Source: a virus. From it: DNA of 64,000 nt. The notes under the pieces are model-generated. The model searched no databases. It had not been told where the DNA came from and saw only the letters and a program-made list of their open reading frames with translations. Where the stretch lies: UHGV virus genome UHGV-0116877, one strand, 5' to 3'. Below are positions 9,146-18,083 of this stretch, piece after piece (position 1 is the stretch's first letter; every line of letters begins with the position of its first letter). The position numbers were made by a program, and so were the translations under genes.

Positions 9146-9868
9146 TTAACTTGTTAATTCTTCAAGAGAAAGGAAACTATTGTACAGCATATAAACATTA
9201 TCAGTTATTTTTCTATCGTCGTGATAATGTCCAAAGAGCCAATAGTTGTAATTGAAAGTATCTTCAATCTTATTGAGCCATCTTTCCATAGATTTGTCTA
9301 CCAAAGATTGGTTAATAGTAGGGAGGAATTTATCATATGGCTCATACTTTAGAGGACAAGTATGAGAAAGAATAATATCCAAAGGCTCTTTGCTGTTGTG
9401 TAATTTATTCCAAATCTCTTCTCTTTCCTCTTCACTTAGCTGTTCATCAATAAACCAATTCCATCCATTTTCAAGACGAAACCATTTATCGACACTATAC
9501 GCACCGCCTAGAATCAAGAACTTGCGGCCGCCCAGCTCATATTGGAATCCATCTTTTAAGAAGTACAAATTAGAAAATTGCTCTTCCCAATATGCAATAC
9601 CATTAAAAGCCTCTACTTCTTTATAAGTAGAAATATGAGAAGGTCTCTTCTCGTGATTACCTCGAACACAAAGAATCGTGATTGGCAGGTCTTTGACTTT
9701 CTGCTTTACCTTTTCATCCTTTTTAAATCCCCACTTATGATTATGATAGTAATTAAATCCAGCATCGCCAAGAATAATTACAATATCATTATCCACTATC
9801 TTACCACTCTCATAGGCATTGATAATGCGAGAGGGGTCTCCATGTATGTCACCAGTAAAATATATCAT
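9146..9868 (-). CDS. calcineurin-like metallophosphoesterase
   Basis: GDIHG, GD, GNHE, SH, GHYH motifs. Confidence 0.93.
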   Translation of the reverse strand: MIYFTGDIHGDPSRIINAYESGKIVDNDIVIILGDAGFNYYHNHKWGFKKDEKVKQKVKDLPITILCVRGNHEKRPSHISTYKEVEAFNGIAYWEEQFSNLYFLKDGFQYELGGRKFLILGGAYSVDKWFRLENGWNWFIDEQLSEEEREEIWNKLHNSKEPLDIILSHTCPLKYEPYDKFLPTINQSLVDKSMERWLNKIEDTFNYNYWLFGHYHDDRKITDNVYMLYNSFLSLEELTS

Positions 9869-10228
9869 CTAATCATCCCCACAATACTCGTCGCAATCAA
9901 AGCACCAGCCCTCAGATTCTTTCTCACAAAGAGGAGCGCCGCAAGCAGGACAACGAGGAGTATCCTCAGTTATTTCAACCGTATAATAGCCTACCCAATC
10001 ATTGATTGATTCTTCATAAGCCTCTTCCGCGGCTGTCCTATCATTTTCATATTCTTCCAAAAAGTCATCAAGGTCATATATGCCGTTAGTTCCTTCATAG
10101 GAAGAATATAGTTCATTGGCTAATTCCCAAGCTAAATTATCAGCTTCTTCTTCAGTTGCATTCTCAAGGATTTCTTTTCTTATATCAAATTGCTCTCCCA
10201 TATCAGCAATAACAATAAAATCAGCCAT
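9869..10228 (-). CDS. acidic protein with C-terminal Zn ribbon
   Basis: D/E-rich; CPACG...CFDC. Confidence 0.75.
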   Translation of the reverse strand: MADFIVIADMGEQFDIRKEILENATEEEADNLAWELANELYSSYEGTNGIYDLDDFLEEYENDRTAAEEAYEESINDWVGYYTVEITEDTPRCPACGAPLCEKESEGWCFDCDEYCGDD

Positions 10229-10265
10229 ATCAATTCCCCTTTCCTAACTCTCTATAAATATTATA

Positions 10266-10826
10266 TCACACTTTATGAACTTTGTCAATAAAGTTAGTAA
10301 AGAACTTTCTTAAAGAGAGATAAAGTTTAATTATCTTAATAGCTTTTAATTCAGCTAAACTTTCTTTAAGAATTTTATTCTGCATTTCTAATTTAGAAAT
10401 GTAGTTTCGTTGATTAGAAATTTTCTTTTTCAAATCAACGACGCACTTAGACACCTCGTTGTCTTGAGAAATATTACCCTTTAATCTATTGCATATTTCG
10501 CAACAGGTCTGATAATTATTTAACTTGTTGCGGCCGCCCTTAGATTTAGGCTTCTTATGGTCTTTCGTAAAAAGTATAAGTTCTCCATTCTTTTCTGTGA
10601 AGAATTTAATCCCAATATTATTTTCTTGCTGTTTAACGACAAATGCTTTTGTTGCTTCTACTCCACAAAAACAACATTTAGGGTCTTTTGCAACAGTCTT
10701 TGCCGTATCAGATATAGAAATTTCATACATTACCCCATTATGGAGGTAAGAGAATTTTCTTGATTGTGAGAGATTTATTCTTTCTCTCGCAACTGATACT
10801 GGAATTTCAAAAAGAAGTTTGTCCAA
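10266..10826 (-). CDS. HNH endonuclease
   Basis: CCFCG...TKDHKKPKSKGGRN...N....CEICNRLKG. Confidence 0.9.
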   Translation of the reverse strand: MDKLLFEIPVSVARERINLSQSRKFSYLHNGVMYEISISDTAKTVAKDPKCCFCGVEATKAFVVKQQENNIGIKFFTEKNGELILFTKDHKKPKSKGGRNKLNNYQTCCEICNRLKGNISQDNEVSKCVVDLKKKISNQRNYISKLEMQNKILKESLAELKAIKIIKLYLSLRKFFTNFIDKVHKV

Positions 10827-10990
10827 AATTTTTACTCCTTTCTTATCTTTCTATAAATATTATACCACACTATTCCAAAATTGTCAATAAGGAAAAAGGA
10901 GTAACATAATTAAATGTTACTCCCTTCCCTTAATATATATTAAACAGATTCTTAATCGCCTGCATAGCAGGAAGAATCTGATTTAAACAA

Positions 10991-11195
10991 TGGTGCTGGC
11001 TCTTGGCGTCCCTCACCAGTCGAACCCATTGGGGTCGGTACCAACCCTAGACAAATCCACTTCGTAGTTGTCATAACTCCTTACGCCGGTTTCGCTACTT
11101 GATAGGTGTGCACCGGAAATCACCCGCGTCACCGTTACATTGCCTTTCGTGGGTATACAGACTTGTGCACAGTCAAGTATACGCCTACTTAGCAT
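10991..11195 (-). ncRNA. about 205-nt structured RNA ending in CCA
   Basis: 3' end ...GCCAGCACCA, contains TTCGACT and several hairpins, no cloverleaf. Confidence 0.5.
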
Positions 11196-11214
11196 AGTAA
11201 TCGTTTCTTCGCTA

Positions 11215-11291
11215 TGGTAGGAGCTAGGAGAGTCGAACTCCTATCTGCGCCTTGAGAGGGCACTATCACTAGCCATTTAGACGAAGCTCCC
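11215..11291 (-). tRNA. tRNA-Glu(CTC)
   Basis: cloverleaf, GTGCC-CTCTCAA-GGCGC, CCA end. Confidence 0.88.
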
Positions 11292-11348
11292 ATAAGTGTT
11301 CCGCCATTTAAGGTCTAACGGGCTGACTGTTAGGAAAGAATTTAATGG

Positions 11349-11428
11349 TGGTCACCCCAACCGGATTTGAACCGATGTTCCGAGGATGAAAACCTCGTGT
11401 CCTAAGACCAGACTAGACGATGGGGCGA
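11349..11428 (-). tRNA. tRNA-Glu(TTC)
   Basis: CGAGG-TTTTCAT-CCTCG, CCA end. Confidence 0.9.
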
Positions 11429-11495
11429 TAAGGAGAGGCCGGATTACGGCTCCGGACAGCCGTGTCGAAAAACTTTTTAACCACGGAGTGTGGTA

Positions 11496-11573
11496 TGGCT
11501 GGCTAGGTCCGGCTCGAACGGACGACCTTTGGTTTAACAGACCAACGCATACTACCAACTGAGCTACTAGCCA
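11496..11573 (-). tRNA. tRNA-Asn(GTT)
   Basis: TTGGT-CTGTTAA-ACCAA, CCA end. Confidence 0.92.
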
Positions 11574-11587
11574 ATATATAAATGAGA

Positions 11588-12142
11588 TTAAATTAAATCC
11601 CATTCATTATCTGAAATTGTTTTTATTAAAGATACCTTATCTGGTAAATTATAGCTCCTGCACCATTTTCTAATTGCATTATCAGAAACCTCAAACATAT
11701 TTCCAATATGTGTAAATGGAGTTGTTCTAATTAAAGATTTTAAAGTATCTCTATCGGGTTTTCTCAAATGAGCTTGTTGTTTTTCTTCATAAGAAGAATT
11801 TTTCTTTTGTTTATTTGCTAATTCTTCAAGAGTTGCATAATAAATACTCTCATCAAAATTGCAATTTAAAACAGAACCATCAAATTCACCGTTTTCTACC
11901 AGTCGATGACAGTTAGCGCACAACATACAACATTTTTTAGCTTCTTGAGCATAAGCAGTTTTTGCTCTTGTTGTTGAACAATTACTTAGGCCAAAACTTT
12001 TTTCTTCAGGATTTAGGTGATGGAAATCAAATACAACTGCTGGAAATTCTTTTTCACAATGCTGACATCTTCCACCAAATGCTTTCACTAAAGCAATCTT
12101 AATTCTTTTTCTAAAATTTATAACATCAATCGGTTTACTCAT
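11588..12142 (-). CDS. HNH homing endonuclease with C-terminal HTH
   Basis: CQHC...FDFHH...CANCHRLVE; FEVSDNAIRKW HTH; start at MSKPI after GGAGAG. Confidence 0.88.
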   Translation of the reverse strand: MSKPIDVINFRKRIKIALVKAFGGRCQHCEKEFPAVVFDFHHLNPEEKSFGLSNCSTTRAKTAYAQEAKKCCMLCANCHRLVENGEFDGSVLNCNFDESIYYATLEELANKQKKNSSYEEKQQAHLRKPDRDTLKSLIRTTPFTHIGNMFEVSDNAIRKWCRSYNLPDKVSLIKTISDNEWDLI

Positions 12143-12210
12143 ATTTATCACTCTCCTTACAATTATAAGTGAAAATCGAACCAATCGGTTATAAATTTTT
12201 GAAACCAAAT

Positions 12211-12267
12211 TCTACACTACTGGAATTGAACCAGTATTAAAAGTCTTACCATTAAACGAAGTGTAGA
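12211..12267 (-). ncRNA. tRNA-like RNA lacking the anticodon arm
   Basis: TCTACACT/AGTGTAGA stem, D-arm GTTTAATGGTAAGAC, T-arm ACTGG-TTCAATT-CCAGT, only TTTTAAT between the arms. Confidence 0.7.
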
Positions 12268-12497
12268 TGTATGCGGGAGAATCGCTAGCTAGACGACCAT
12301 TATTTTCGCACCCGCATTGCGTCTTCTAACCCTCAGAATGGGCTTACTATTCGACCTAGTAAGTAGCCAGATATTTTCTTTATACGACTTAATATTTTTT
12401 ATTAACTTTAATTTCTATATCTAATATATTAGTAATATTAAGTCGCGGCCAGCAAAGAAATATCCGAAGAACTGACACTTTATTTACTTCTAACTCT

Positions 12498-12572
12498 TAG
12501 AGGTTAATGGACTCGAACCATTGTTTACTGCTTTATAAAGGCAGCCGTCCTTACCCTTTAGACGAAACCCCT
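12498..12572 (-). tRNA. atypical tRNA, probable anticodon TAT (Ile); no encoded CCA
   Basis: cloverleaf with GCTGC-CTTTATAAA-GCAGT anticodon arm. Confidence 0.6.
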
Positions 12573-12574
12573 TA

Positions 12575-12648
12575 TGGTACAAGATGTTGGACTCGAACCA
12601 CTCCCCGACATCCCAAATGTCGGATGCTACCATTACACCACATCCTGT
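12575..12648 (-). tRNA. tRNA-Pro(TGG)
   Basis: CGACA-TTTGGGA-TGTCG, CCA end. Confidence 0.85.
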
Positions 12649-12864
12649 ATAAGAGACCCCTTTCTTCCACCGGAGCGGAGTCAAACTCTCTGACCTTATT
12701 GTAGTTTTATGTCAACACTAAATAAGCGTGGGCGAATCTTTCTTGACAGTTCTAGTTAGGTGGATTATCCTCCGAACCATTGGAATACGATTTACAAAAC
12801 ATTTGAAATCTCCTCCATTAACTAGATTTTATAGCAAGCCATCCTACAAGGAGGCAACGCCAAC

Positions 12865-13152
12865 TTAGGAAAAGAGATACTCAGAGTAACTTACACTATC
12901 CGAATCAAGAAGTCGAACAAAACCACACTCTTCTTTCTTAGTATACTCTGCGCCATCTTCGTTGAAGCCATTAGTCTCAACCATATTATTGCAGGTCAAG
13001 ACATTCGTTCCAGCATGGCGAGTCATTTGACTGCCGCATTTCGGACATTTGAGGAACTTTTCCTGTCGAGGAGCAGCCCATTCTTTCTGAGGAGTACGCT
13101 TACGAATTTTAAGGGCGGCGCCGAGAGCCTCAAAAGAATTTACGATAGTCAT
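12865..13152 (-). CDS. Zn-ribbon protein
   Basis: CPKCG...C...C; GAGG RBS. Confidence 0.8.
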   Translation of the reverse strand: MTIVNSFEALGAALKIRKRTPQKEWAAPRQEKFLKCPKCGSQMTRHAGTNVLTCNNMVETNGFNEDGAEYTKKEECGFVRLLDSDSVSYSEYLFS

Positions 13153-13241
13153 AGTTAGTACCTCTTTCTTTCTTTATTATAAGATAGCTTTAAGGTCAGC
13201 TAACCGCACATCTAAGTTATAGAGTTCATTTGCTTTCCTCT

Positions 13242-13318
13242 TGGTTGCGGTTATAGTTACTGCCACTATTGTTTTCCTCTTAATGAGAGAGGCGAGACAC
13301 TTTTTCTCCATGACCGCA
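13242..13318 (-). tRNA. atypical tRNA(CAT) with non-canonical T-loop
   Basis: TGCGGT/ACCGCA acceptor, CCTCT-CTCATTA-AGAGG, T-arm ATAGT-GGCAGTA-ACTAT, CCA end. Confidence 0.65.
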
Positions 13319-13329
13319 ATATAAAGGAG

Positions 13330-13995
13330 TTATTCAAACTCCCAAAGAAACTTATATGCTGTTTTTCTTTTTCCATTACATACATCTAGAATGTGACTTC
13401 TTACTCCACCTGTATAATTTTTCGCGTATCCATTAGAAACCAACCATTTGCCTGCCTCCGCAGCAGAATTAAAACTTCTTAAATAATTACGACTTAAATC
13501 AAACTGTTTAATTTTTTTTGAACTATTCTTCATTTCTATCTGTAGCTTAGTTTCTGGAACGAATACTTCTAAGTCCAATTTCTTGGCTATGTCGCGAATT
13601 AAATCTCTACAACAGCCAATTTTTTCCATAATTTCTTTAGCCGATTGCTTCTCTTTAATCATATCGGCTATTAAATCATAGTCATAAAGAACTTTTCCAT
13701 CTCCACCTAAAGTGGCATTATACCCATCTCCATAAGAGTGATAATATCCTATCCAGTAACACTCTTTTTCAGATAAAAAATCTAATGGGACAATCTCAAT
13801 CATTTCGATAGAAAAATTTTCTTTTCCATACTTCTGAATTGCTCGATAAAGTGGCCTATCTTTTGCCCTTTCCAAAGAACTTTCTTTCAGATGTTCTTTA
13901 AATCTTTCTTCTATCGTTTTTGTCGTTTTGCCTATATAACACTTTCCATTGATGTTATTTGTAATCTTGTAAATAAATCCATTCATTCTACTCAC
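13330..13995 (-). CDS. GIY-YIG homing endonuclease (NUMOD1-type C-terminus)
   Basis: GFIYKITN...YIGKT...R..EH...GYN.T.GG. Confidence 0.92.
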   Translation of the reverse strand: MSRMNGFIYKITNNINGKCYIGKTTKTIEERFKEHLKESSLERAKDRPLYRAIQKYGKENFSIEMIEIVPLDFLSEKECYWIGYYHSYGDGYNATLGGDGKVLYDYDLIADMIKEKQSAKEIMEKIGCCRDLIRDIAKKLDLEVFVPETKLQIEMKNSSKKIKQFDLSRNYLRSFNSAAEAGKWLVSNGYAKNYTGGVRSHILDVCNGKRKTAYKFLWEFE

Positions 13996-14041
13996 CTCTA
14001 ATTATAAGTAGAATTTTGGTTGCGAGAATACAAAATTTTGG

Positions 14042-14099
14042 GTGCGAATTTGTCAAAAGTCCAGAACTCGCCAACGTGGAGGCTTCGCACTTGAGTTCC
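14042..14099 (-). ncRNA. minimal HDV-like (theta) self-cleaving ribozyme
   Basis: P1 GGAACTC/GAGTTCT (G1-U), P2 GTGCGAA/TTCGCAC, P3 GCC/GGC, L3 TCCACGTT, P1.1 CC/GG, J4/2 CAAA; G1 directly follows the tRNA discriminator. Confidence 0.88.
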
Positions 14100-14182
14100 T
14101 TGCGGGTGGTGGATTCGAACCACCGCGTTTCTTATGTGGGAGATAATGACTCTCCTGACCTCGACCTCTAGTCCAACCCGCG
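14100..14182 (-). tRNA. tRNA-fMet-like (CAT), long variable loop, no encoded CCA
   Basis: C1xA72 mismatch, GGAGA-GTCATTA-TCTCC, canonical T-arm. Confidence 0.8.
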
Positions 14183-14251
14183 ATATAGAAGTGAGTACAA
14201 AGCCCTCACTTACGGCTTGCAGTAGTTTCAAATAAACGAAAGCAGACAATT

Positions 14252-14584
14252 TTACTCTGTTTTAGTAGCCTTAGCAGCCTTAGCCGCTTCACGCTCGGCG
14301 GCCTTGCGTTCCTTTTCGGCCGCGGCGTCAGCACGTTTCCTGGCCAACTCTGCCTGCTTAGCCAGCTTCTCCATGTAATCAGCGCGAGTAGCATCGAGGT
14401 CGAACTTGGTTGCATCGCATACAGAAATCTTCAGCTTCGCAAACTGACCATCACCAAGATGAATCAGAGCGCCATCAGCGATAACCTCAGTCTCCTTACC
14501 ATCCTGAACAATCGCGTTCAGAGCAACCTCGTACAAATGGGAACGAACGATAGCCTGGTCCTTAACACTCATTTTCTCAGCCAT
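14252..14584 (-). CDS. hypothetical protein, paralog-like to 315-647
   Basis: FDLDATRADY plus AAAEKERKAA tail; AGGTG RBS. Confidence 0.8.
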   Translation of the reverse strand: MAEKMSVKDQAIVRSHLYEVALNAIVQDGKETEVIADGALIHLGDGQFAKLKISVCDATKFDLDATRADYMEKLAKQAELARKRADAAAEKERKAAEREAAKAAKATKTE

Positions 14585-14781
14585 AATTAACACCTAATCC
14601 TTTCACTCATAAAATTTATTTTTTATTTTGAAAGAGGATTTTCCTCTCTTTCACTATATTTATTATACCATACTTTTCGCAGAAAGTCAAGATTAACGAC
14701 TTTTGAATTTTCCGAAGAAATTTTCTTCCTTTCTTAACTTTCTATAATAATTATATCACACTATTTTAAGAAAGTCAATAC

Positions 14782-15240
14782 TTACAACTCGCCGGAATAT
14801 GCTTTACTGCAACGATAATCTGCATAGTCAATACGAGAGCCAATTTCATCGAGAATATTCTGAAGAACAGTCTCTGCTTTCATCAAAGCAATCGCGCGAC
14901 TCCGATAATAATTCTCAAGCATACGATTACGAGCCAAAGTCATACCGTACTCTTCGTCCCATTCATCTTCAGGGGAGCACTTCGCTTTACCACGATAAGT
15001 GGGATTCATCATAAACTTATTCATATTGTACCCGTCATAAGAGATATTGCGGATGCCCATTTTCTGCAAAACATCAATGGCATCATACTCGCAATCATCC
15101 ATGACAGCTACAACAGTCTGCTTCTCTTCATCAATGTAGTATCGAATCTTGCTCTTTGGCTGAGAATCTTCCTCGAAGCAAGCAAACTCCTTGTCAATAA
15201 GCCGCAGAGAATATTCACTAGGGTTAAATTTCTTTGACAT
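14782..15240 (-). CDS. conserved phage protein
   Basis: GKAKCSPEDEWDEEYG..LA..R motif of a common phage hypothetical family. Confidence 0.8.
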   Translation of the reverse strand: MSKKFNPSEYSLRLIDKEFACFEEDSQPKSKIRYYIDEEKQTVVAVMDDCEYDAIDVLQKMGIRNISYDGYNMNKFMMNPTYRGKAKCSPEDEWDEEYGMTLARNRMLENYYRSRAIALMKAETVLQNILDEIGSRIDYADYRCSKAYSGEL

Positions 15241-15311
15241 AACAATCTCCTTTATTTCTTTTCTATATTTATTATATCATATTAGAGAAGAAAAGTCAAT
15301 ATTTATGACTT

Positions 15312-16511
15312 TTAATTCTCTTTCTTGCAGTTACAGTCGCAGGTTTCTTTCTTATGGAAGAAATTTCCTCCATTGGTAAACATCATCAGAGGAAGAATGT
15401 CCCCCATATCTCCCTTATTATCAAGCAACATCATCATAAGGTAAGGATTACTATTGAAATCCATCGCGCCGCCACCAAACATATTCATCAGCATAAAAGT
15501 TTTGGCGTCGAAGCCATCAGTGTTCTTATCTCCCATCATCAGGAAGAAAGGTAGCATATTTCCAAAAGGATTGCTCTCGTCGATTGTCCCGAAAGCCCCT
15601 TCTCCCATCAGAGATACAACCTTAGTATAGAAATCAAAACCGAAAATATTGCGAAGAGGCATAATGGTCTTAACTTCATTAGTGCAAGGCTCAATAACCT
15701 CAAGGAAGTTACCTCCTGCAATATCCTTTACAATGACATACGCACCGCCGTGCTTGATAATATCACCGACTTGGATATCCTTGATTGCAACAGGAAGCAG
15801 ATACAGTAAGCCCTCCATATCAAAAACAAAATCGGTAACATCGGTAAGAGTCAGCTTACTCTTATCATAAGCGACATACTTGCCATCTCCCGCAAGGTAA
15901 GCAAGACCACCTACAGACATCTTAATATCACGGCCAGTATATTTACCGAACTCAACATTACCAAAAATCTTATTCATAGTCTTTTTCTCCTTTTTATCTT
16001 CTTTAATTCCAAAGAATTCTTTTCCAAAATCAGTTATTTCAGAGTTACTTATTGTAAAAGTCACTTCATTGGGGTTAATCGTTAGCGTATTAAGATTAGT
16101 GAAATTATCAATGTTAATATCACCGATAGAAGAATAGCAACTCCTATTAAACATAATAGGATTCTCAATACTACGGCTACTGTTTGGCCCAATTCTTGGT
16201 TCAAGAATATCAGCCTTTTTATTTTTCCCGACATGATACAACTTTACTATCTTTTTGATAGCGATATAGTTGAAAGAAAAAACATCTTCATCAACTAATC
16301 TTGCGCCATTTACCATTTGTTTCTTATCTGTTGAATATTTACCTGTTATTTCTACATTAGAATTACGGTAATTGTATCCATCAGAATTCATTATCTTATA
16401 CCAATAGCCAATTTTTGCTTTATCATAATCTTCTTTGATTACAGAATAAACATATGGCTTTGGACTAAGATTTTCTTCTCGCAAAAACCTGCATACTAAA
16501 TAGTAATACAT
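15312..16511 (-). CDS. phage protein with Met/Gly/Asn-rich C-terminus
   Basis: 399-aa ORF, AGGAG RBS; possible internal start at MNKIFG. Confidence 0.8.
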   Translation of the reverse strand: MYYYLVCRFLREENLSPKPYVYSVIKEDYDKAKIGYWYKIMNSDGYNYRNSNVEITGKYSTDKKQMVNGARLVDEDVFSFNYIAIKKIVKLYHVGKNKKADILEPRIGPNSSRSIENPIMFNRSCYSSIGDINIDNFTNLNTLTINPNEVTFTISNSEITDFGKEFFGIKEDKKEKKTMNKIFGNVEFGKYTGRDIKMSVGGLAYLAGDGKYVAYDKSKLTLTDVTDFVFDMEGLLYLLPVAIKDIQVGDIIKHGGAYVIVKDIAGGNFLEVIEPCTNEVKTIMPLRNIFGFDFYTKVVSLMGEGAFGTIDESNPFGNMLPFFLMMGDKNTDGFDAKTFMLMNMFGGGAMDFNSNPYLMMMLLDNKGDMGDILPLMMFTNGGNFFHKKETCDCNCKKEN

Positions 16512-16595
16512 AAATACTCCTTTCTCTCTTTCTTTAATTATATTATACCATACTAAGAGAGAAAAGTCAAGTTATTTAAAACCTGACTTTATTTC

Positions 16596-17177
16596 TCACA
16601 TCCATTGTTTCTTCTTTTTTGTACAGTCTTTCCAAGATTTAGAATAATCTCTCCAAATATCGTCATAAAGATTAGGAAGATTATTGCTACGGCGGCGAGG
16701 CCGAATATACTCATAAACCTCTGGGTCACTATTTGCTCTTCGCTCTTGGGTGGTTCTCATATGCCGCAAACAGCAATAGCGATGATGACAATGACCAGTT
16801 CCTGGAACAGGGCCGCCTCTAAATTCGGGAAGAGGAGTTTTTTGATGTCTCCAAAGATAAAAATTTTTAAACTCTCTTTTAGGATAAGTAAAACGAGAAA
16901 TTTCTTCTTCAAATTGACGAATATCAATTACTCGATTTAACCCATCAAAGAATAAATATCTACGAGTAAAATATTCTATATTGCGTATTTTTTCATCTGA
17001 ATCATACGCAAAAATTGCATATTTGTCTTTGCCATTCATACTAATTTGATAGAATTTATTGTTGATATTGCGAAAACAATACTCAATCAATTTCGCTTTA
17101 TCTCCAATTTTCCAATATTTATTAGTATAAATATCAAGACAAAAATATTCGGTTGACTTATCAAAAGTTTTGTACAT
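16596..17177 (-). CDS. hypothetical protein
   Basis: AGGAGG RBS; C-terminal LPNLYDD...SWK...KKKQW. Confidence 0.8.
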   Translation of the reverse strand: MYKTFDKSTEYFCLDIYTNKYWKIGDKAKLIEYCFRNINNKFYQISMNGKDKYAIFAYDSDEKIRNIEYFTRRYLFFDGLNRVIDIRQFEEEISRFTYPKREFKNFYLWRHQKTPLPEFRGGPVPGTGHCHHRYCCLRHMRTTQERRANSDPEVYEYIRPRRRSNNLPNLYDDIWRDYSKSWKDCTKKKKQWM

Positions 17178-17249
17178 TATTAAATACCTCCTTTAAAAGT
17201 ATTTAATAATCAGTCCACTTCCTCATTAGCTTCACCGCCTTATTCTTAA

Positions 17250-17323
17250 TGGACCGGCATAACGGACTCAAACCGTCACCAAATGCTTGGAGGGCACTTA
17301 TGCTATCATTACACCAATGCCGG
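17250..17323 (-). tRNA. tRNA-Gly(TCC)
   Basis: AGTGC-CCTCCAA-GCATT, U discriminator, CCA end. Confidence 0.85.
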
Positions 17324-17490
17324 ATTTATATGAAGTAGGTATTGCTCTATAGCCAATTATACGCTAGTAACCTCGGACTTATCTGGGGTTTGCCTTGTTA
17401 GCAAGGGATAAAAAGACTATACACAGGATAAATGTTTACCACTATTTCAAAAAATAGTAACTTTATGTTTATGCAATACCTACTCATTCT

Positions 17491-17718
17491 TCAATTTTCT
17501 GCAAGAATTCCGTTTCTTCGCCTTATCATTGCATTTAAAAGATTAGTATGCTTTAACTCTTCAGCAATAATTTCTCTAAAATCATCAATTTCTCTATCTG
17601 ATAATAGATAATCATACTTAGAAAGAAGCCTGTAATAGCCCTCTCTAGCTTCAGATTCATCAGCAATATTCTTTTCTAATTCAACGAAAAGGCAAAATTC
17701 ATCAGGATTATTTCTCAT
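17491..17718 (-). CDS. half-ferritin-like protein
   Basis: E..A...Y...I..EELKH two-helix di-iron-type motif. Confidence 0.6.
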   Translation of the reverse strand: MRNNPDEFCLFVELEKNIADESEAREGYYRLLSKYDYLLSDREIDDFREIIAEELKHTNLLNAMIRRRNGILAEN

Positions 17719-17754
17719 TATCTCACCCTAAATAAAGTGAGAATTGGGAAAAAT

Positions 17755-17976
17755 TTATCTATCTTTTCCAGATTTCAAGGAGTTTTCATACAATTCAAAG
17801 TTATGGATTGCTTCTTCAATAGTATCTCCTGCGGGAATTGTTGTACTTGGTATACCACCTAAACAACTATCGCACCAAATCCCAATTTTCCCACTTTCAA
17901 GAGTATGAACGATAATATTAGATTCTCCGCATTTCGGACAAATAGTAGGTTGAGGTTCAAAAGAAAACTTATTCAT
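17755..17976 (-). CDS. Lar-like Zn-ribbon protein
   Basis: CPKCG...CDSC...EEAI..F. Confidence 0.55.
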   Translation of the reverse strand: MNKFSFEPQPTICPKCGESNIIVHTLESGKIGIWCDSCLGGIPSTTIPAGDTIEEAIHNFELYENSLKSGKDR

Positions 17977-18005
17977 AGTAAACTCCTTTCAAAATTACAG
18001 AAAGT

Positions 18006-18083
18006 TGGCGACTCCGGCGGGATTTGAACCCGCGGTCTTTGCCGTGACAGGGCAACGCATTAGGCCGTCTATGCTACGGAGCC
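18006..18083 (-). tRNA. tRNA-Asp(GTC)
   Basis: TTGCC-CTGTCAC-GGCAA, CCA end. Confidence 0.93.
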
